A stretch of 64,000 nucleotides of DNA from Gnetum montanum (taxonomy: Eukaryota > Plantae > Gnetophyta): positions 5,422 through 69,421 of the forward strand of contig MNCI01003064.1 in NCBI GenBank assembly GCA_015680685.1, written 5' to 3'. Shown piece by piece: positions 26,994 through 40,747 of the stretch. Both the position numbers and the translations under genes were made by a program. Below the pieces are notes generated by a model. That model did no database searches. It was not told the DNA's origin and saw only the letters and a list, made by a program, of their open reading frames with translations. How positions within the stretch are numbered: position 1 is the first letter of the stretch; the number at the start of each line of letters is the position of its first letter.

Positions 26994-27777
26994 TCATGGC
27001 ATGCAATATCGCATGGGCCGCGATATTGCATCGGCCCCTGCGATATCGTAGCCCGTCGCCTTGTCTATAAATAAGAGGCATCTTTCCTTTGTTTCCTCAT
27101 CTAGATCTAGACCCTTAGCTAAACTCTGGTAGTTTTACCATTCCAAAGATAGAATAATTTCCATGTGCCCGTAGTACGAGTCTCAAAGTGAATGGATCTT
27201 TATTAGAGCAAATTGTACCCGAGCACACATTTATGTATGGAAATAAAGATGAACTTTTTGATAAAGCTTGCAGTACATGGACTAAGCTAAATGGGACTTT
27301 AATTATTGTTAAATGTTTAAATGCTTTCTTAGATAATTAATCACTCTCAACCCTCAAATCTCCTAGTTAAGTGCATTCAGTATGACTACTTCGAGCATGT
27401 GTGCTAGGCTTGGTAACCTAGTAACAAATAGCGTTTGGTAATCCCAGTAGCGTTGCACTGGTTCAGGGTGTGTACGACAAGTGGGAACAGATACTAATGC
27501 TAGGATGATTAAAGCTTAGTTAGTGAAAGTTAGTTACGTAATCTCTTCACCCTTTCCTCTCTTAGCATAGGCGATAAAAAGATAAAAGACATAAAAATCA
27601 TATATCTCAAACTTACTTAACCATACAACTGTGACAATACAAGTAAGTATAGGAAGACAACGATTGATTAACCTTAAGTGTTCCATGTTCCATAAGAAGC
27701 GTAAGCACTTAGTCCTTGGAGTTTGACCGAATTGTGCATGTAATGCTCGTATTCGTATGGTTGAGTGTAGGGGTACC
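26994..27777 (+). repeat. 3' LTR of Athila B (last ~13 bp missing)
   Basis: Matches the 5' LTR up to GGGGTACC and follows the PPT. Confidence 0.9.
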
Positions 27778-28595
27778 ACGTGTGAATACGAACATTTACA
27801 TGTGATGTAGTTGAACTCCAAGGATTAAGTTCTTATGCGCTTACATAAGAAAAGGATGGGTTATGCGATCGTTGTCTTCCCAAACTTACTTGTAAGGCAC
27901 AATTGTATGGTTAAGTAATCTTGAGGTATATGATTTTTATGCTTTTTAGGTTTTATGTTCTTAGTTGTTAAAATGGAGAAATGAAAAACTTTAATAACTA
28001 ATTTGATTTAACTAGTTAACTATTCTCTAACTAGTCCTAACACTAGCATCTATTCCCACTCTCTGGACACATCCTGAACTAGTGTAACACTATTGGGATT
28101 ACCAAATGGTAGTCATTACTGGGTTACCAAGTGTTCCATGTATGCTTGAAGTGGTCATGCTAAGTGTGCTAATTCATTGATAATTAATAATTCAATAGAA
28201 ATAACAACAATTAACTATTGAAAGCATCAAATAAAAGTAAATAACATGAAATGAAATAATTAAGCTATTCTAAATGTTGCAAGGTTTATCATAAGGTTTG
28301 TCTTTATTTCTGGTCACAAGGTGTGCTCAGGTACACAATGCTTGAATAAAGATCTGTTCACTCTATGACTCTTACTGTGGACACTTAGAAATAATTCTAA
28401 CTCTAGCAAGGAAAAAATGCAAGAGTTCAGCAAAGGGACTAAAAAACTAACTGCAAAATCAAGTTCCCTTGTCTTTTATTTATAGTCAACGAGACAATTT
28501 TTAACATTGCATACTTGATATCACTTTGGCTACTCCAATATCACGTATCCAATATCGAGGGCCTGATATCGTGCATTCGATATCAGGACTCATCA
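27778..28595 (-). repeat. 3' LTR of Athila C, main part (terminal piece at 20591-20702)
   Basis: Direct repeat of ~36866-37697, adjacent to the PPT (reverse complement GTCGTGGGGGTA). Confidence 0.9.
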
Positions 28596-30492
28596 TACCC
28601 CCACGACTAAATGAAAATTCATCCTTGAGTTCCTTACAAAATATTGGGAAGGTATGATATTATTAACTGAATGACAACTGACGGTGACATGGAATGATAG
28701 ACTCAAAGTGCCCAGTGAATGGATCAACAAACATATTATAGCATTGGAATTCATAACCATTGTGGTGAACACTATACATAGATGACATCTAGACCCTTAT
28801 TTGATAGCTTGAAGAGAGAGAGAGAAAAGAAAATGAGGCACATTGTTGCTGATGTCAAAAATGTGCACACCATTATAAATCCATGGCCACATGATCAAGC
28901 TTGTTCCTTGCATAAGTTCTTTTTGCTCCAGTCCATCCCGAGTGCTCCCTTCTATCCTAGTCTATTGTTCCTGTGATCGCCATCTACACATACAACATGA
29001 TCACAAATTAGCGGGGTTAGATAAGATATAATGTAATTGATACCTTGCCTCGATATGAAGCACATTGGCTAGGATGTGGGTATGATAGATACTAGGTTAG
29101 AGGTTTGCAACTGATAACTACCGAAGGTGTAGGGGTGAGATAAGTAATGAAATGCAAAAATTTGCAATAGGCCTCCATGACAAAGAGCGAACCTCTGGTA
29201 CCAATAGGATGGAAAAAAAAGAACAAGAAAGATGAGAGAAATAATCAACGGTGAAGGAAATAAAATGAAAAAAAAAAGATAGATGTCATGGATGGGGTGA
29301 AATAAGAAATAGTTGATTGCAAGAAATGTTTGAGGGAAACAACTTAACAAGTGCATCAAAAAGGAATGTTAGTGGGTCCTTCCCAAAGCAGGCTCATGCC
29401 CTTTATGCCATAACAAACACACAAACAAAAGAGTCTGTAAGCTCTAGGAATGACATATGGAAACAATGGTTAAAAACTTACCCACAAAAATTTACCAAAG
29501 AATAACAATGCATCAACCAAGATATAGACTAATAATAAAATTGACAATGAGGTGGAATATGGAAAGCAATACGAAAAGAGAGAATGGAAAGGAATGGAAT
29601 CTCAAAATCAATGTTGTGTAAAGTCCCTTGTGTAGTATGTGATTAAGGTGAGTTAATAAAATTTGGCCCAAATCCATATTAAAACTAACCACATCTAGTG
29701 ACCTCACATCAACACACTTGATGAGCCCATCCACCTGAAGCAACAACAATGCTTCCAAAAAGCAACCACCATTCTAAAAGGAGAAGAATAGGGAAATAGG
29801 AAGGGCCATAGTTTGAGAGAATCTTTAGGAATGGGTAACATGTCTTTCTAGTTCCATAACCAATGCTTGTAGCCCATGTTTCTTTATTATGTCTAAGGTG
29901 TGTGCTTTGAATTTCCACTAGTTTTTTTTTGTAAGAAGCACACCATGCAAAGCCTTATTTGATGCATTTAACTTCTTGATATTAGTTAATAGTAGAATGG
30001 TAGAAAACCTATGAAAAACATCCAAGTACCCCAAGAGAATAGCTAGCACAAATGCATTGAATCCCCTTGAAGTCACACCCTTTGCAATCCATTTGAATCT
30101 TTCCTTGGTTTGAAGAATACTAAGCCAAAAATTCATTAAGAGGTTTACTTAGAGAATGGGACAACACATTTCCAAAACAAAGGGGGACCACAGAGTTGAA
30201 TGGATGAATGGATGACGTAGACTCATTGCTTGTTTTATTAAAAGAAACCATATCTTAGCATCAACATTGAAAGTCAAAGGTAGAAACCAAACATTAGCAA
30301 TTGACACCATTATAGTCCAACCAACCATCATGAACACTTATTATGTGATGAGTGGAAGTAAATAAAAAAAAGGTAACAAATAAAGAAATAGTAAAAATGT
30401 TGGTGTAAAACAAAAACAAGTAAACATGAAAAATGCATAAAATGAAAATGTGTAAAACAAAAATGACCAAAGAAACTAAGGACTTCAAATAG

Positions 30493-33400
30493 TTAACATT
30501 GGTGGTCATCTCCCCCATGACTAATTTGGAAAGAGAAGTTCCAAAATAATGAGCAAGGTTGTCCATTAAAAAAGGTAGTGTTAGTACTAGTCATTTTAGG
30601 CTTATGGAAAGGTTTCGTTTGTTGGATGTTGACTAATAATTTCCTATTCAGGATTTTAGGTTTATAGATCATCATGGCCCTTGAAGAAAAAGATTCATGA
30701 ATGATATAAGGTCCTTCCCATAGTGTTTGAAATTTAGTTCGTTGTGGCATATGTGTTGGATTCGAATAAAGAACCTTATCTCCTGGTTGGTATGTAACTT
30801 TTCTAATTCCTAGGTCATGATGTTGCTTGTTGAAGTCCTTACGCAATTCGTTGGATGATAGGGTAGCTAATCAATTTTCATCTAGTAGGTTAAGGTTCAT
30901 TAAGCATTCTTTCTATGTTGGATTGAGGTCAAGGTTGAGGTCACATGTTGTAGATAGTGTACAGAGCTTAGCTTGAATAGGAAGTGTTGGAAGTTTACTG
31001 TACACTAACTCATAGGGAGAATAGCCTATAGGGAGTTTCCATGTGGAGCGGTATGCCCAAAGAGCATCATTTAGTTTGGTGCTATAGTCTCACCTATATT
31101 TGCTAATGGGTCATGTCGATATTTTTGTGATCTCCCTATTGGTGACCTTAGCTTGACCATTTTCTTGAGGATGATATGGTGTAGTTAGCTTATGCTCAAC
31201 TCCTACGCATTGCATTAATTTTCGAAAGGTTGATCCTATAAAATGTGTACCATTATCAGAAATAAAATTGCACAAGGCACACCAAACCTATTTATGATTT
31301 ATTGTTGAACAAATTATGTAGTGATAGATGATGTACAGTCAGTAATAGTGGATACAATTTCCCACTTGGTAAAATAGTCAACAACAAAAACAATGTAGGT
31401 TTTTCCATTGTACATTTGTGTGATAGGCCCCATAAAATCGATACCCCATATATTGAAGGGCCCTAAATGTTGAATCTATTATTGTGGACCATCCATTCTA
31501 GTAGTCATTCCCCCATCTTGTTGGCAGTGCTCACAACATTGGAAGAAATGATGAGCATCCCAGAATAATGTAGGCTAATAATATCTTGCAAGAAAGATTT
31601 TAATGGCTATTCATATCCTAGTGTAATGACCCCCACAAGGGCCTTCATGAGTGTCTTGGAGAACTTGCAATTAATCTACATCGAGAACACACTATTAGAC
31701 CAAGCCATTGGAACATACCTTATAAAGGTGTCTGTTGATTTTCATGAAATATTTGGCTCGATGAAGAAACTGTTGTTTCTTTTTAACATCTAGCCCTTGT
31801 GGTGTTTCTTGTGTAAGAAGATAGGTAAGAATGCTACTATACCAATTTTTATCTATGGTTAATTGATTATTTATTACACCTGCAAAGAGGATTTCATCAG
31901 GGAAGTGGTCAGAAATTGGATATTCATCGTCTTTGTTGTCCCATCGTAATCAAGATAAATAATCAGTAACAACATTCTCGGTGCCTTTATGATCAATCAT
32001 CGTAAGATCAAGCTCTTGCAAGATCATGAGCCATTGTATGATGTGAGGGCTCACCATTGGTTTATCCATTATGAACCATATTGCACTATGATATGTATGT
32101 ACAAATATATTATAGCCCAATACATAGTGCCTAAATTTTTCTAGTGCAAACACCACAACCATTAACTCTTATTCTATTTTGGTGTAGTTGAGTTGTGCAC
32201 TAGCAATACTTTGACTTGCACAATGAATATAATAGGAACATTTTTGGTCATCTAACTATGTAAGTACGGCTCCTAAAGAAAAATTGGATGTGTTAGTCAT
32301 TATATGGAATGGTTTGGACCAGTCAGGAGCTTGTAGAATGGGTGTTTCTATGAGCTTCTATTTCAAGGTTTGGAATGCTACCTCACACTCCCTGGTCCAT
32401 TCAAAGGGTATGCCCTTCTTCATTAATTCTACCAATAGTTTTACAATCTTTGAAAAGTTCTTGATGAAGTGTCTATAATAGCTAGTATGTCCAAGGAATG
32501 ATCAGATGACTTTTATAGTTTTAGGTTGATGAGTGATTCCTTGGATGACTTTAATTTTGTTAGGATCTACCTCCATCATTGTTTGTAAAATTTTATGTCC
32601 TAATACAATGCCCTCTTAGACCATTAAGTGTATTTTCTGCCAATTGAGCCTTTGGTTAGTTTCTACACATCATTTTAGTACTTGTTCTAATCGGTCCAAT
32701 GCTTGTTTGAAGTCCACTTCATAGGTGGGGAAATCATCCATAAATACCTCCACACTATTCCCTATTTGCTACTAAAATATACTTAGAACCAGATGTTGAA
32801 ATGTTGCTGGGGCACTTCACAAGCCAAACAACATCTGCCTATATGCAAATGTTCCCCAAGGACTTGTGAATGTAGTCTTGTCTTGGTCTTCTAGTGCTAT
32901 TTGAATTTCATTGTATCCACTGTAACCATCGAAAAAACTATAATAGTAATGCCCTGCAATGATATTTGAGACTTGTTCAATGAATGACAATGAAAAATGG
33001 TCTTTAAATGTTGCCATGTTTAATAGCCTAAAGTCTATACACACCCTCCATTTACCTTCCTTTTTAGGCATAACGACTAATGCACTAACCCATTCACTAT
33101 CAGCAATGGGGTAGATGAACCCAGCTTTTAGAAGTTATTCAATTTCTTCTTTAACTAATTGCTTAAGCTTTGAGTTTAGTCATCTTTGCAGTCATCATCG
33201 AGGCTTCATAGAGGGGTCAATGTAAATTCTATGTTGGCATATCTTAGGATTTATTCCAATTAATTCAGGATATGACCAAGAAAAGGATTTCGACCATTTT
33301 TTAACCATCTTTAGCAGTCTTTCATTTTGTTGAGGAGCAAGCTTAGCATTAATGATTACTGATTTTCAATTCTTGAGAAATGTGTACTCTATATCGGTGG

Positions 33401-36400
33401 GCAAGGATTTTAACTCAAGGGGCTCTTGATTAAACTCGTAAGGGATTTTCAACTTCCCCTAGTTGATATTTTTGATGTTAAGACTTGGATGTTTGCAATG
33501 GACTTGCTCTAATGTATTTATGTCATCGATATAGGTGCAAGTCAAGCTCTTAGTTGGTTCCATGCATAGAGTTGAATTTCTTTCTCAGTTAGCTATCAGC
33601 CATTGGGTGCCTTCCTATGTTGTGGCTGCTACATACAAACATCTTTGTATGTCAGTTATTTGTGCACACAAGTTGCATGAAGGCAATGTTAAACATTGTA
33701 CAAACCAGGACTTCTGCACACAGTTACACCCTGTGTCATTGTATGCGATGCATGGAACTTTCTTCTTCTCAATCTTTCCAAACATATTTTCTTTTGATAT
33801 TTCTAGAGAAAGATCACATATTCCTAGGTGCACATCAATCGTGCTTAGCCATGTTCTTCCCATTATGATTGGGAAGTCCCCCTTACAATTATTGACTTGG
33901 TGATAATGTCCTAAACTAGTCCTAATGGGATAGTGATGGAATGGTTTACCAACTCTAGATGGATGTTACTCTTTTTTAGTGGAGGAAAGTTTCAATATTT
34001 ATACATTTCTTGAGAGATTAAGTTAATACCAGAACCTGAATCCAAAAAAGCTTTGTAAGGTTCATTCCTAGTGATTTGCAAATATATAAGAGGACTTCCA
34101 GGATCAGTGAATTTCTTAGAAAGATGGCTAGCTTTAATCCAATCAGTAATGGTATGAGTTAACATGACAATGTGCGTGAAGTGTGATTTTTGGTTTGAAG
34201 GCATCTTTGAAGATGTGAATGATGGTGAGGAATTTGGAGAATTAGCTGCTTGTGGTTGTATGGACTTGGTTCGACTATTGGTTCTAAAGAAAGATTATTT
34301 CTTTGATCAGTTGTCTGAACCCATAGTAGGTTGAGGATTGACAAGCCTTGTAGTGTTATGTTGCTATGGCTATAGAGGAAGCTCACCTTGCATAGTTGGA
34401 GCAGGTGGTAATGGAGCTATGGTTGGAAGAGGTGCAGTTGGATGAGAAGGATAGTATGTTTGTGGAATGTCACTCCTAGGATAAGGAGTTCTATACTATT
34501 CATGGGTCTGGTAGTGAGGCTAACGAGTGACATTACTAGTGGAGTCACGTGGAGAGATTGGCTATTGAACATAGTACCAATATGGATCAGGTTGACGGTA
34601 AGGATATTGTTAATGTGGTAATGGTATTCCTCATGATTGTGGGTGTTTCCATTATTGATACTATTCATTTGATTGTGGGGGATCTCCACTCAGATAATAT
34701 GTCAAGGGTTGGTGGAACTACCTTGGGTTACCTTGAGGATAAGATAACCTTTGGGGTGTTCATCATTTGTTTAATCATGGGTTTAGTGCATACACCCTAG
34801 ACTCTTGTAGATGTGACACTACTAGGAAACATCCTTTAGGATGGTCATATTTCATATCTCACATCCACCATCATTGTCTATGTTCAAATCCACAACCTCT
34901 TCAATTATGACAACTTTTCCCTTACCCTTGTTACGTGCATACTCAACTTATTTCTTTTTCCTTCTCTCCTGGTCACTACTTTTCTTTCTAGACTCCTCTA
35001 CTATTTTTAGAATAGTTTGAAATTTATCATCTACGGAGTTCCACATTTGATCTACCTTTGCTGATACTTTTGATGCAAATTTTTAAATGGGCAAGATCTT
35101 TCTATTCACCATATCATCAAGTGATGACTCTTTTTCATCTTCGCAAAATCTAATTTTCTTCTTTTAAAGGGAAGGATCTCTATTATAATTCTCTATACTT
35201 TCTCTTTTCCTTAACTCACCTTCCTCCTTAGCAACTTTCTTTAACAATCTTTGTATTTGATGGGCTCTAAGCTCAAATAGCCTTCCTTGGGTGTAAGTCT
35301 CAAGGGTTCTTCACATTTTGTACTTGAGCCCATCTACAAGATGGTGTAGTTATTCCTTTTGTGAGTAACCATGGCTAGCGCAATGATATAATAAGGTATA
35401 ATATTGTTCCATGGCAGCATCCAAGGGTTTGTGTCCTCCTTGTTTCCATCCTTGGATTTGCTTATGTAGGTTAGACAATTGGGAGTACGTTTGATACTTA
35501 TTGTTGAATAGCTCTAACATGGTACTCTGTCGATGGATGGATTCCAGTTCTAAGGACCGGTACTAGCTTTCCGCTTCCTTGATCAGTGTCTATGAAAAAA
35601 ACTTTAGTTTTTTCTACTCATTTTCTATGTTTTGCAAGGTACATGCATCATGGAATTTTTGTAAATGGTTTTAAAGATCAACATTGTATCCCCCTTAAAA
35701 TTGTGGGATGCTATTCATGTCTAGTCTTTTGATCCTACTATCTTTTCTGTACCTTGTTATAATTATAAAGGCATATGATATATCTAACATACTTCAAGTG
35801 GGGAGTCGAGGTTCATCGTGATCATGTTATCTATGGCGTCTATGATGCCAATGTTGTTTCCTACTCTCCCTTCTTTCATGATGTGTCTCTCTGGACTACC
35901 CTCATCCCCTTTCTTGACTATTTTGTCTATGATCTCTATTTTGCTTACACTTATCCTGATGGTCTTTCCATTTGCAACTATGTTCAGATCCTAAAGGAGA
36001 GGGGGAAGGAGATGATGAAGGTAAAGAGGAAGAAGGACTAGCACCATAACAGTGCCTACTATCTTCTCTTCAGTGGTCGCGACCTCAATCATGGTTATGA
36101 TCAGAATGTCTATCATTATCACATGTTTGTGCTCCTCTTTTGAACCCTTTATGTCCATTGGTATTAGAACCTAGGTTATGAATAGTTGAGTGAAGATTCT
36201 AATACACAACTTCTTGACCGAAGTCAATGAGAGGAACATCGTTTTGTAGAAAACCTCTTGAGGTAGGTTCACCATCCTCATTATCACTTAGGACATACAA
36301 GACATCCTGAGATCATTTTTCCTTCATAGATTTGTAATGTCTCTCCTATTGTAGGTCCCTTTAGCATTGTGCCTCCATGGGTTGATAATTCCTCAAATCT

Positions 36401-36699
36401 TGTTCATGCACAATGTACTCCGATTCTAAGTGATGCATACCAATTTGGGTGAGAGCATGAAGAAGAATGCTTGAGATTGAGAGATCAGTAGGTAATACTA
36501 TGTTAACTTCTAAATCACACTAGTGTAGTTGTTCATCCTAGTGAAGGATAAAGTTAAATTCTAGTACATACTCATCAGGATGAGAGTATACCAAGAAAAA
36601 CTGTTAGGGTACTAGTGGATTATCCTATGCACTCCACCTTCGATTATTCATGGTGTACGACTTAGGTGGTGAAGTGCTCTCATATGAAGAAGGAGACAT
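30493..36699 (-). pseudogene. Degenerate gag-pol of Athila C
   Basis: Protease FLDSGSGINL. RT WRVCIDFR...FFDGYSGY...TTFTSPWGTFAY and VFMDDF. RH VVFALEKFRHY. Integrase WGIDFMGP and KFQTLWEGPY. Confidence 0.92.
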
Positions 36700-36816
36700 G
36701 ATTGATTATTTAGTGTGCAATACTCTTTTTTGATGATTGTAGGATAACTAACCCTAAGGGTTCGTTCCAACAATTGAAGGATTTCTTAAGTTCTAATTAG
36801 TGGACAAACAACAAAA

Positions 36817-36834
36817 TCCCTGGCAACGGTGCCA
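36817..36834 (-). other. PBS of Athila C
   Basis: Reverse complement TGGCACCGTTGCCAGGGA adjacent to the LTR. Confidence 0.88.
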
Positions 36835-36835
36835 A

Positions 36836-37697
36836 TGATGAGAAGCAAGGTAACCCTACACCCAACCATAGGAATATGAGAATTTACACATGATCCGGTG
36901 GAGCTCCAAGGATTAAGTGCCTATGCGCTTACACAGAACAAGGATGGGTTATTTGATTGTTGTCTTCCCAATCTTACTTATAAGGAACAATTATATGGTT
37001 AAGTAATCTTGAGGTATATAATTTTTATGCTTTTTATGTTTTATGTTCCTGGTGCTTAAAATGGAGAAATGAAAAAATTTAATAACTAATTTGATTTAAC
37101 TAGTTAACTATTCTCTAACTAGTCCTAACACGAACATCCATTCCCACTCTCCAGACACATCCTGAACCAATGTAACACTAATGGGATTACCAAATGCTAG
37201 TCATTACTGGGTTACCAAGTGTTCCACATATGCTCGATGTGGTTGTGCTGAGTGTGCTAATTCATTAATAATTAAAAACTCAATAGAAATAACATCAATT
37301 AACTATTTAAAGCATTAAATAACAGTAAATAACATGAAATGCTATAATTAAGCTATTCTGGATGTTGTAAGGTTTATCATAAAGTTCATCTTTATTTTCA
37401 ATCACAAGGTGTGCTTAGGTACACAATGCTAGAATAAAGATCCATTCACTCTATGAATCCTACTGTTGACACACAAAAATAATTCAAACTCTGGAAAGGG
37501 AAAACTTCAAGAGTTCGGCTAAGGGACTAAGAAACTAACTATGAAATCAACTACCCTTGTCTCTTATTTATAGGCAATGAGAGAAGTTCTGACATCACAT
37601 GCCCAATATCACTTCGGCCATTCTGATATCACGTATTCGATATTGAGGGCCCGATATCGCCGATCCGATATTGAGGGTCCAATATCAAGACTCATCA
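36836..37697 (-). repeat. 5' LTR of Athila C
   Basis: TG...CA termini. Matches 20591-20702 plus 27778-28595. Confidence 0.92.
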
Positions 37698-38705
37698 CTC
37701 TACTATCTATGACTAAGTACAATCTTAAGTTCTTGGAGTTGAGTATGTATGTGCCTAACATATATTTGGAAGAGATGACTAGAGACAAATATTTTATTTA
37801 TGATCTTTGTATGGCCATTAAGGATCATTTTCTTCTCTGCATCTTTAGATGTATAAGGATGCTTGAATTCATATGTTAGATCTTGAGCATAGTGAGTTGG
37901 CTAAAGCGGCATTGTTTGATCCATCTTAGAAGAGGGACTAGCCCTCTTCTAAACAATCTAGTGGATCTAAGTAGATCCAAAGATTTGATTTAACTAATAA
38001 CAAAAACAAGAGATAGCAACTAGTGGGACCAATCATGGACCCATTACTTACTTTACTTTTAGGAAAGTTGGGCATGTTTGTAACGACTGTCCCAACTACC
38101 ATCACTATGGTTAGCCATGTCACAATAGCTTCAATTATCTAAAGAGTTCAAGAGTTGAATGTCATTAGTAGGATGACAAACCTACTAATAACTATGGTGG
38201 TGCTAGGACAAGTGCATGTCTTGATCAATCAACCAATCAATGCTCAACCTAACACGATGACAGAGGCTAGAGGTACAATTTCTGATTTAGTAGTTTTGAT
38301 TCTTATTTATCATGATGTAATCCTTTGTTTCATTATTCCATGTGTAGTTGGATGTTATTACCAGAAGGCCACTTGGTTTACTAATCTTCGCACCATGAAA
38401 CTAGGGGATTATAATGTTATCTTGGACATGGATTAATTATCTTGCTTTCCATCTTAGATTATTGTCATAAGGCACTTTTCTTGGAAACAAATGATGGTGT
38501 TTAGATGATGATGCGTACTTGACCATGCAAGGTTAAGTTGGATCTTACATCTTTAAGATATTTTTATCTTATGTTGTGGGAAGGATCATTCTTATTGTGC
38601 TATTTTCTTTAGAGATATTTTTGTCTTTAGATATTAATCAAATCTCTATTACTCATGAGTTTCCAAATTTTTTTCATTCTAAGTTACATGGTTTACGTCC
38701 AACAC
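37698..38705 (+). mobile_element. Tekay/Del-like Gypsy remnant, 3' part (gag end, protease, linker)
   Basis: SMTKYNLKFLELSMYVP (gag), DYNVILDMD*L (protease DFDVILGMDWL), and HEFP...LHGLRP (EFPDVFP..LPGLPP). Confidence 0.75.
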
Positions 38706-40361
38706 ATGGCAAAATAACATATGATAAAGAAAGCATAACCATGTTAGCATAAGAGTTTTTACTTATGTATTATTTATGATCACGAAATATTTATAAAAGC
38801 ACACAATATTCAAGAAATCATAGTATAATGCCACTAGAAGGTCTGCCTCTTCACTTTATGTTTGTGTTTTTTGTCATAAATCTCTTGTAACAAATTTTTT
38901 ACAACAAATTTAATGAAACTAGGAACCAAAAAATCTATTGAACTAACATTTTCCCAAGTTTCACCAAAACCAAAAACATTAAAGGTATAAAAAATGATAT
39001 TCAATAAAACAACTCTATTTATAATTCTACCATCTATATTAATAAATCTATCTCTTAAAAAGGCCTATACTTCAGAAAAAAAATGTTTGAAATAGTGCTT
39101 AGAGCACACAAAGTCAATTGTGGCCTAGCAATGGAAAACCCAACCATAAAATTTGGCTTAATTCTTGTAAATTACATGAGATTATATATCCATATGGTAT
39201 TAGTTTTCCTATCGCTATGTATTTTTCAAAGCTTATCCATATTTGATCTGATGGCATATGCACATGAAGGTAGAATGCCTAGATTGTGCGATTTTAATAT
39301 TGCACACCAAAAATCAAAAATTTCAAAGGAAGTAGTGGTGAAACTGTGCATTATGTGTGCCATGTGTGTGAGAGTCATGAAAATTAAGTAAAAATGAAAT
39401 GGAATGAGAAAATTAATGTTAATTTGATGGAGTTTTTCTTTAACACTGCTACTTCATGCTACTTCACACCATATTTTATTTTCAGCTCTTGTTTGTCGAT
39501 GAACTCTAAATGAAGAACCAAGGAAAACTGGATTTCTGAGTTAAATACCTCAATGTCAAAGATGAATCATTGCTAATGGTAAATGGATTTGATTTGTATA
39601 AAAAATTAACCCATGTTGGTGAGCTGCTCTTTCTGTTCTGTGAAATCCAAAAGAAAAATAAATTCCAAGTTTTTGGACATATTTTAGTTTTATGTGATTG
39701 AAGTTCCCTGCCATGTTTTAAGTCCATGCATTAGCAAAAAATGCACAGCTTTTTTCCCCACTATGACCACTATGACCAACATTATGTGAAAATAAATACT
39801 TTCGATTAACATCACATAGGAATGCACTCCGCTGCCATATGTAGGACAAGAGTTTGACATGATCTTTGCCAATAAAATATGGGAAAATGTATCAACATAA
39901 AGATGAAAATGGTAAAATTCTCAAGTTGTAGGTCTCAATAGGTACTATTTTTTTTCCATATTTTCGAGGACATAAATAAGATCTTTCCTATTTTAAATAT
40001 ACAGTTCTATGCAAATTCCATAAAAATTTTTATGAGCTGTGCATTTGGGAAGTGTAAGATTTTCTCGGAAAACTTTTAATTTAATTTAACTTTAAAAATG
40101 TTTAATAGAAGTAAAATGTGAAAGAAAAATAAAATATATTTAATTTAAATATTTAATTATTTTATAATTCATGTCCCCTGCAAACCCATACCCAGTCTTT
40201 GCATATGCTCGCATGCCAAAATGCAAATTGAACCATGAAGAATCGGATACATTTAATGCATATCAAACCTTGTGTTCCCTCATTTGGAGTAGATCAATTT
40301 GATAATACTGATTTAGGGGAAAGAAACCTTGTCTTGACAAGGCAACAGTTGTCATTGATCC

Positions 40362-40662
40362 TAATGGGAAAGGATAACAAAAAAAAGAGGGACAAAGGAG
40401 AGGATAATCTAGAACAAAAGAGAGAAGATTACTAAGGTAATGCTTTGTTTTTATTGCTTAAGTGCCACAAATTACTTAATACTAAACCAGCCTTTATATA
40501 GGCTTTACAATGCAACTGAATTATAGAAAATCTTGGCACTATCTTAGCCATGATCTTAGAATAGAAAAATAGAGAAACAGAAAATCAAGGAAATAATAAA
40601 CTGCAAATGACCAAGTCAAGAAGCTGTTAATATAGCTATCATGTTTGAATCATTCTCCAACA
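40362..40662 (-). repeat. 3' LTR of the Copia element
   Basis: Direct repeat of 62665-62958. The PPT complement CTCCCCCT lies at 40663-40670. Confidence 0.95.
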
Positions 40663-40747
40663 CTCCCCCTTGATTCAAAGTTCCATACATCATGTTTAAG
40701 CCTAAAATAAAGATGCTTGTCTCAAGGAAGGTACTTCATGAGAACAT

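Larger units (their letters stand above)
20703..27777 (+). mobile_element. Athila-type element B, internally deleted (gag + protease, no RT/RH/INT core)
   Basis: Two ~800-bp LTRs, PBS, PPT (TGGGGGTA at 26986-26993), and gag/protease homologous to C. Confidence 0.9.
20591..37697 (-). mobile_element. Athila-type Ty3/Gypsy element C, full length, 3' LTR interrupted by element B
   Basis: Termini TGATGAG (20591) and CTCATCA (37697). Near-identical TSD CTTTA/CTCTA. PBS at 36817-36834, PPT at 28596-28607, complete gag-pol. Confidence 0.9.

Noticed and set aside
37577-37879. 100-aa ORF as a gene
   Set aside because: It is a chimera of Athila C LTR sequence read into the Tekay gag remnant.
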